From Planctomycetota bacterium (GTDB taxonomy: Bacteria > Planctomycetota > GCA-002687715 > CAIWVZ01): a stretch of DNA of 64,000 nucleotides. Each line of letters opens with the position of its first letter. Within the stretch, counting starts at the first letter, position 1. The position numbers and the translations under genes were made by a program. Location: assembly GCA_044222185.1 (NCBI GenBank), contig JBGANV010000001.1, positions 1,536,001 through 1,600,000 of the forward strand, given 5' to 3'. Of the stretch, positions 58,390 through 64,000 are shown piece by piece. The notes beneath the pieces were generated by a model. That model ran no database searches and was not told the DNA's origin. It saw nothing but the letters and a program-made list of their open reading frames with translations.

Positions 58390-58889
58390 ACCGGCTCCCC
58401 CAGTTGGGCGGCAGCACGCTTGCCTTCGTGGCGGGCAAAGTAGATCAGCAACGCGGGCGCGCCGCACGTGATGAGAGCGTCCGCCACGTTGAAGACCGGG
58501 AAGTCCCATTGACCGAACGTGAACAGGAGGAAGTCGCGCACGCGTCCCAGTTCGGCGAAACAGTTGTCGTAGAGGTTGCCGAGCGCGCCCCCGACGACCA
58601 GCCCGAATCCTGCGTTGGCCCACCACGGAGGCCGCATACGCGAGAAGTAGAAACCGATCAGGCCGGCGACGAGGACTCCCCGGACCGCGATCCACACGCG
58701 TCGATCGACGTGCTGGAAGAGGCTCCATGCCATGCCAGGGTTCCGCACGGGAACGAGTGAGAAGAACCCGTCGACGACGACGATCCGGCTGTTGGGCGAT
58801 GGCAGATGTCGGAACGCTTCCGCCTTCGACCACAAATCGAGGCTGACTCCGGCCGCCACGAGAAGAATGAACACGAGGCGGGTGGTCAC
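58386..58889 (-). CDS. lspA: Signal peptidase II
   Basis: DLWSK, RNPGMAWS, GGALGNLYD, VRDF, FPVFNVAD. Confidence 0.95.
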   Translation of the reverse strand: MTTRLVFILLVAAGVSLDLWSKAEAFRHLPSPNSRIVVVDGFFSLVPVRNPGMAWSLFQHVDRRVWIAVRGVLVAGLIGFYFSRMRPPWWANAGFGLVVGGALGNLYDNCFAELGRVRDFLLFTFGQWDFPVFNVADALITCGAPALLIYFARHEGKRAAAQLGEPV

Positions 58890-59155
58890 GGGTTGCCTTT
58901 GGGGGTGGGTGTCATGCGAACGTCGGTCGACCTGGCGATGTCGCGCAACGCGAGCATGTCCGCGCGCAGGCCTCGAACGATCTCCACGTCGATCCCGAGC
59001 CGCTCAGCTTCCCGCACGAGGTCGAGGTCCGCCGCCTCGCGGCCTGCGCCAGCCGTCGGTTCGGTGAAGAACCGACCGATGGCCGCGTCCAGCGCCCTCG
59101 CCAGGATGGCGGGCGTCGTCGATGCGGTGTTTCCGTGCGGGTCACGTGGATCCAT
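58886..59155 (-). CDS. Hypothetical protein
   Basis: 4-nt overlap with lspA; GAGGA upstream of the ATG; lies just downstream of a predicted promoter. Confidence 0.5.
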   Translation of the reverse strand: MDPRDPHGNTASTTPAILARALDAAIGRFFTEPTAGAGREAADLDLVREAERLGIDVEIVRGLRADMLALRDIARSTDVRMTPTPKGNP

Positions 59156-59191
59156 GGAAGTCCTCGGCTGTGGCGGCTCCGAGGGAACGGG

Positions 59192-59220
59192 ATGTTAGTG
59201 GCCACCGTGCGCACGATCAA
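59192..59220 (-). promoter_or_regulatory. Putative sigma70 promoter for the hyp-lspA-pyrD-REC-secA-waaA-metK string
   Basis: Minus strand TTGATC-17 nt-TAACAT. Confidence 0.55.
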
Positions 59221-59281
59221 TTGCACGCGGGCGTTGCGTCATCCAGAGCGGGAGCATACGGTCTGGCCCGGAGTCGTCCGC

Positions 59282-60172
59282 GTGCTCGAAACCCTCGCCC
59301 GACTGTTCCTCGATGACCTGGCGCTCGCTCGGTCGATCTCGGCCCATACGCGGGATGCGTACCGGCGCGACCTGGCAATCCTCGGCAATTTCCTCGCGAA
59401 GAACGGCGTGACGCGGATCGAAGACGTCGCGACGGCCCACCTCGCGTCGTTCCAGGCGGCGCGCGCGAAGGCCGGCGACGCGAGCCGGACGGTCTCCCGC
59501 CGGACCGCCTGCCTGCGCTCGTTCTTCAAGTTCCTCGTCCGCGAGGGCCATCTGAAACGAAACCCCGCCGCGATCCTCCCGCAGCCGACTCAGCCGAAAC
59601 TCCTGCCGCGGGCGCTTCCCGCCGCCGACGTCAAGAAGCTGATCGAGAGCCCCCCGACTTCCGACCCGATGGACCTGCGCGACCGCGCGGCGATGGAACT
59701 GCTGTATGGCGCCGGATTGCGTGCATCCGAGGTCTGCGGAATCCAATTGCGAGACCTGGACCTCGACCGCCGCGCAGCGCGCGTGCTGGGAAAGGGCCGC
59801 AAGGAGCGCGTCGTACAGATTGGCGAGCCGGCAGCCGACGCGTTGCGCGCCTGGATCGAAAGAGGCCGCAGGCACATGCGGACACCGACCTCTCCGGATC
59901 ACGTCTTCCTCGGCCAACGGGGAAAGCCCCTGACGCGGCAGGCCCTCGCTGGCCTCGTGAAGCACCGCGTGATGGCTTCGGGCGTGGCCGTCGCGACCTC
60001 ACCTCACACGCTTCGCCACAGCTTCGCGACCCATCTCGTGCAGGGCGGCGCGGACCTTCGCGCGGTGCAGGAGCTCCTGGGTCACGCGTCGATCGACACG
60101 ACCCAGATCTACACGGGGCTCGAGCTGAAACACCTGAAGGACGTCTATCGCAAGGCTCACCCCCGTGCGTGA
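59282..60172 (+). CDS. xerD: Tyrosine recombinase XerD/XerC type
   Basis: HTRDAYRRDL, RDRAAMELLYGAGLRASE, GKGRKER, PHTLRHSFATHL...ADLRAVQELLGHASIDTTQIYT. XerD versus XerC assignment is tentative. Confidence 0.85.
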   Translation: MLETLARLFLDDLALARSISAHTRDAYRRDLAILGNFLAKNGVTRIEDVATAHLASFQAARAKAGDASRTVSRRTACLRSFFKFLVREGHLKRNPAAILPQPTQPKLLPRALPAADVKKLIESPPTSDPMDLRDRAAMELLYGAGLRASEVCGIQLRDLDLDRRAARVLGKGRKERVVQIGEPAADALRAWIERGRRHMRTPTSPDHVFLGQRGKPLTRQALAGLVKHRVMASGVAVATSPHTLRHSFATHLVQGGADLRAVQELLGHASIDTTQIYTGLELKHLKDVYRKAHPRA

Positions 60173-60860
60173 AGCCGCGCACAGGGCGTCGCCGATGCAC
60201 ACGACTCTCACCCGATTGGAGCCGTCCATCTCGACCTGCGAGGCCTGCCCGCGCCTCGCCCGTTACTGCGCGGGATTCCGACGTGAAGGTTATTGGGGGC
60301 GACCCGTGCCCGGATTTGGAGATCCGAAGGCACGGCTCGTGATCCTGGGACTCGCACCCGGTGCCCATGGTGCGAACCGGACCGGCCGGCCATTCACCGG
60401 CGACGCCGCTGGCAACCTCCTCTACGAGGCGCTTCATGCCTGCGGGCTCGCCACCCTGGCGAAGGCGCATTCTCGCGGGGACGGTCTCGAACTTGACGGA
60501 GTGTTCATCACGAATGCAGTGAAGTGCGCGCCGCCGCAGAACAAACCGAGCGGCGCCGAAGTGAAGGAGTGCGCACCGCACCTGCTCCGTGAGTACGAAG
60601 CTCTCCGCTCCGCTCGGGTCGTCCTCGCCTTGGGCCGCGTCGCGCACGATGCACACCTCTCCGCGCTTCGCGCGCGAGGCGTGCAGGCTCGCCGCGCAGA
60701 CTTCCCCTTCGCGCATGGCGCGGTTCATCCGACGGGTGATCGGATCCAGACTCTCGTCGACTCGTTCCACCCGAGTCGATACAACGTCAACGTCGGCAAG
60801 CTCGATCTGCCGCGCTTCCTGCGAGTCGTCCAGGCCGCGTGGCGGCTCGCTTCGGAGTGA
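60165..60860 (+). CDS. Uracil-DNA glycosylase, family 5 (UdgB-like, Fe-S)
   Basis: CEACPRL, GLAPGAHGANRTGRPFTGD, KCAPPQNKP...C, FHPS. Confidence 0.92.
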   Translation: MREAAHRASPMHTTLTRLEPSISTCEACPRLARYCAGFRREGYWGRPVPGFGDPKARLVILGLAPGAHGANRTGRPFTGDAAGNLLYEALHACGLATLAKAHSRGDGLELDGVFITNAVKCAPPQNKPSGAEVKECAPHLLREYEALRSARVVLALGRVAHDAHLSALRARGVQARRADFPFAHGAVHPTGDRIQTLVDSFHPSRYNVNVGKLDLPRFLRVVQAAWRLASE

Positions 60861-60865
60861 TCGCC

Positions 60866-61870
60866 ATGGGCCTCGTCTTCGCCTTCGACCGCGGGCAGGA
60901 CCCGACGCGCACCGATGTCCTCGCCGTCGACGGCGTCTTCGGGTGCGGCCCGAACCTCTCGCACTGGCCCGGGAATCGCACGCCGTCGCGGTACCGCCAC
61001 GACCTGTCGACGGGCATGGCTCTGCGCCTGGCGCGGGACCCCGACCGCGAGGAGTTCCTGCGCGGCGTGACGACGGTCTCGAACAACCACTACGACACCG
61101 ACGGCTTCGGGTCCGTGCTTGCGGTGCTCCAACCGGACGCCGCCCTGGCAGTCGAAGACCGGCTGCTCGATGCGGCACTCGCTGGCGACTTCGAGGTGAT
61201 CCGCAGCTGGCATGCCCTTGCGTTCGACGAGATCGTGCTGAACCTCGGGCATCACCCCCGATCACCGATCGTCGATCGCGTCGCTGGGCTTCCAGACGCT
61301 GACCGATACGAGGGCTGCTACCTCTGGCTCCTCGCTCACGGCCCCGACCTACTGCGTGACCCGTCCGCCCAGGAAGAGCTGTGGATCGATGCCTGGCGTG
61401 AATTCGAGCGGGACCTCCACCTCGCGCGCGCGGGAATCGCCGTGGTCGAGGCACATCCGCGCGAACACGTGGCCGTCATCCGCGCGCCACGACCGCTGGG
61501 AACGCGCGCCCTCACGACCCTTGCGGAAGGCACGCCGCGCGTCGTGCACGTCGTCAGGAATGCCGACGGGTGCTTCGTCCGGTGCTTTCACACGACGCAT
61601 TCCTGGTTCGATTCCCTGACGCCCGTTCCCCGGCGGTTTCCGTGGAACGCGCTGGCCACGCGATTTCAGGCGGCGGAACGCGCGCCGGGCGGCGCGAGTT
61701 GGGTCCACCACCCGATGGAATCTCCATTCGCGGAACTCTCGTTCGGGATTCCGCATGCCGCGCCCGAGTTTCCGTTCGGCACGCTGTGCGCGCCGACGCC
61801 GACGTCACTCGATCCCGAGTGGGTCATCGATGCCGTGCTCGACGCCGCGCGAGGTGACCTCATCGTCTGA
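60866..61870 (+). CDS. DUF6687-like protein (DHH-phosphoesterase-like motifs)
   Basis: VDG...LSHWPGNRTP...DLST, VSNNHYDTDG, AALAGDF; family recognised from memory. Confidence 0.75.
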   Translation: MGLVFAFDRGQDPTRTDVLAVDGVFGCGPNLSHWPGNRTPSRYRHDLSTGMALRLARDPDREEFLRGVTTVSNNHYDTDGFGSVLAVLQPDAALAVEDRLLDAALAGDFEVIRSWHALAFDEIVLNLGHHPRSPIVDRVAGLPDADRYEGCYLWLLAHGPDLLRDPSAQEELWIDAWREFERDLHLARAGIAVVEAHPREHVAVIRAPRPLGTRALTTLAEGTPRVVHVVRNADGCFVRCFHTTHSWFDSLTPVPRRFPWNALATRFQAAERAPGGASWVHHPMESPFAELSFGIPHAAPEFPFGTLCAPTPTSLDPEWVIDAVLDAARGDLIV

Positions 61871-63724
61871 GTCCCCAACCGCGCCGGCATCCCGGTGCTC
61901 CGAGAAGAACCGAACGAGGTCCGCGGCGATGCGGAGGGTCATGCCGGGCGCTGCGGCCAACTCGACCTCGCCGGCGGCCTTCACCAGGTCCAGTGAACCG
62001 AAGTGGCGAAGCAGACTGCGGGCACGCGCGGTGCCGAGGCCCGGGACCAACTCGAGCACCGAGGTGGTCGCCTTCTTGCGCCTGAGTTTGCGATTGAACT
62101 GGATCGCAAAACGATGGGCCTCGTCGCGAACACGGGCGAGCAGGAGCAACTCGGGCCCGGACTGAGGCAGGACCACGGCCTCTTCAGAATCGGGCAGCAC
62201 GACGCGCTCGAACACGCCGAGTTCACCCATGGCTCGTTCCCCGCTGCGAGCCTTGGCGAGTCCGATCACGTCGACCTCTGCGACGCGGAGCTCGCGAAAC
62301 ACGTCCACGATCCGGCGGAGCTGGGGCCGACCGCCGTCGATCACGATGAGGTCCGGCAGGTCACCCGCGAGGCGCCCACTGGCGATGCGGCGCCGGAGGA
62401 CTTCCTCGAGTGCGGCGAAGTCGTCGTTCCGCTGCACCGTACGGAGTCGGTAGTGCCGGTAGAGGCTCTTCACGGGGACGCCCCGGTGGAACGTCACGCG
62501 GCTGCCCACCACTTCGTCGCCCCCGAAATGCGAGATGTCGTAGCACTCGATGCGTTCAGGGACGTGAACGAGTCCGAGCTGCCCACGCAGCCGCTCGAGT
62601 AGCTCCATCTTGGCGGCATCCTCCTGGTCGCCCTCCCGCGCCGCCATCTCGGCGTTTCGTTCGGCGAGCCGAACGAGCCGCAGGCCTTCTCCGCGCTCGG
62701 GAATCTGGAGCATCGTTCCCCGCTGGCTGCGTTCGGCGAGAACCTCTCGGTAGAGGTCCAGGTCGTCGCACTCCGCCGGAAGGAGGATCTCCTCGGGGAT
62801 CGTCCTCTCGCGGGTGTAGTACTGCCCGAGGAATGCGCCCAGGAGCTCGCGCGATTCCACGTGACGCTTGAGTCTGAACGTATCGCTGTGCCGCAGCACG
62901 CCATCGCGGATCTGCAACACGACGACGACGGCCTCCCCGCCCGCCTCGGAGAGTCCGATCACGTCGCGCTCGCGTCCCGTGCTTCGCGCAACCATGGGCC
63001 GGTCGACGGTCGTCCGCACGTTGTTCAGTCGGTCTCGCAACTCGGCGGCACGCTCGAATTCGAGCCGCTCCGCAGCTCGATGCATCTCGCGCTCGATCTC
63101 GGCGAGCACGTCTCGGTCCTGGCCGGAGAGGAAGCGAATGATGCGATCGACGGACCTCATGTACTCTTCGCGGGTCACGAGCCCGACGCACGGCGCGGCA
63201 CAGCGCCCGATTTCGTAGTGAAGGCAAGGCCGCGTCCGGTTGTACAGAACGGTGTCGGGGCACGTCCGGATCGGGAAGATGGAGTTCAGGAACTGGATCG
63301 TGCGGCGACACGCTTGCGCCGAGGTGTAGGGCCCGAAGTAGAGCACGTCGTCGGGTTTCCGCCGGCGCACGATCGTCAGGCGGGGCCACTCCTCCTTCAG
63401 GTCCAGACGCAAGCTGAAGTACGTCTTGTCGTCGCGCAGCCGGATGTTGTAGCGGGGCGCGTGCTGTTTGATCAGGTTGTTCTCGAGCAGAAGCGCATCC
63501 TTCACGGACCCCGTGAGGACGAACTCAACCGCCTTCGCCTGCCTCGCGATGTACTCGACGAAAGTCCGCCGGTCGGTCCCGTTCAGGTACGCCCGCACCC
63601 GCGAGCGAAGGCTGGCGGCCTTGCCGACGTAGAGCACTTTCTGTGACCCATCGACGAAGAGGTACACGCCCGCCTCGTCCGGGAGCGTGCCGACACCCTC
63701 GGCGTCGAATGGAACGCGGGACAT
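61805..63724 (-). CDS. uvrC: Excinuclease ABC subunit C
   Basis: GIY-YIG (GVYLF...YVGKA), PRYNIRLRDDK, FERAAELRD, IECYDISH, IDGG, RDEAHRFA, HhH. Confidence 0.97.
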   Translation of the reverse strand: MSRVPFDAEGVGTLPDEAGVYLFVDGSQKVLYVGKAASLRSRVRAYLNGTDRRTFVEYIARQAKAVEFVLTGSVKDALLLENNLIKQHAPRYNIRLRDDKTYFSLRLDLKEEWPRLTIVRRRKPDDVLYFGPYTSAQACRRTIQFLNSIFPIRTCPDTVLYNRTRPCLHYEIGRCAAPCVGLVTREEYMRSVDRIIRFLSGQDRDVLAEIEREMHRAAERLEFERAAELRDRLNNVRTTVDRPMVARSTGRERDVIGLSEAGGEAVVVVLQIRDGVLRHSDTFRLKRHVESRELLGAFLGQYYTRERTIPEEILLPAECDDLDLYREVLAERSQRGTMLQIPERGEGLRLVRLAERNAEMAAREGDQEDAAKMELLERLRGQLGLVHVPERIECYDISHFGGDEVVGSRVTFHRGVPVKSLYRHYRLRTVQRNDDFAALEEVLRRRIASGRLAGDLPDLIVIDGGRPQLRRIVDVFRELRVAEVDVIGLAKARSGERAMGELGVFERVVLPDSEEAVVLPQSGPELLLLARVRDEAHRFAIQFNRKLRRKKATTSVLELVPGLGTARARSLLRHFGSLDLVKAAGEVELAAAPGMTLRIAADLVRFFSEHRDAGAVGDSDDEVTSRGVEHGIDDPLGIE

Positions 63725-63999
63725 CAAAAGCCCCGAGCGGCGCGCCCCTCGAGCGTTCGGAGCTGGTCCCGGAGGATCGCGGCGTCCTCGTAGCGCTGCT
63801 CCTTGGCCGCCACGAACATCTGATCCCGGACGCGGATGATCTGTGCATCGAGATCCGCTGGCGAGACCGGCTCCTCGGAAACGCGATCGTCGACCTCGAC
63901 CGTCACGTAGTCCTGCTCGTAGATGGTCTCGAGCAGCTCGGCGATCCGCTTCGTCACGGTTTGAGGAGTGATCCCGTTTGCGACGTTGTAGGCCTCCTG
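63724..63999 (-). CDS. uvrB: Excinuclease ABC subunit B, C-terminal end (partial)
   Basis: QEAYNVANGITPQTV...MFVAAKEQRYEDAAILRD (UVR domain), directly upstream of uvrC. Confidence 0.9.
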   Translation of the reverse strand, partial: QEAYNVANGITPQTVTKRIAELLETIYEQDYVTVEVDDRVSEEPVSPADLDAQIIRVRDQMFVAAKEQRYEDAAILRDQLRTLEGRAARGF

Positions 64000-64000
64000 G

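Noticed and set aside
59282-60172. Tyrosine recombinase as a prophage or island integrase
   Set aside because: Size and motifs are those of housekeeping XerC/D; no att repeats, tRNA or cargo nearby.

Overview
High-GC, gene-dense chromosomal window, most consistent with a Planctomycetota genome (H-X9-DG-like prepilin protein, several HEAT/TPR/VWA proteins, LPS Kdo transferase; taxonomy is inference). It is mostly housekeeping: cbs, rpsU, IHF/HU, serS, mqnA, hpt, folD, a polyprenyl synthase, mobA, tatA, murA, sucCD, pyk, mdh, mnmA, yajC, ribD, miaB, metK, waaA, secA, pyrD, lspA, a Xer-type recombinase, a uracil-DNA glycosylase, uvrC and partial uvrB. Four things stand out. (1) A type II secretion cluster has two tandem full-length secretin paralogues and minor pseudopilins with long low-complexity tails. 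(2) The miaB-protease intergenic region holds a candidate stand-alone small RNA: a near-consensus sigma54 promoter, three hairpins with A-rich linkers and a strong intrinsic terminator (about 45024-45179). (3) A 1652-aa secreted serine protease carries three ~200-aa repeats, five IPT/TIG-like repeats and a possible C-terminal sorting domain. (4) Several conserved-looking unknown proteins occur, including a DHH-like protein among DNA-repair genes and an unknown-domain/receiver fusion. No tRNA, rRNA, CRISPR array or mobile element was seen. All calls are by eye from motifs; no database searches were run.
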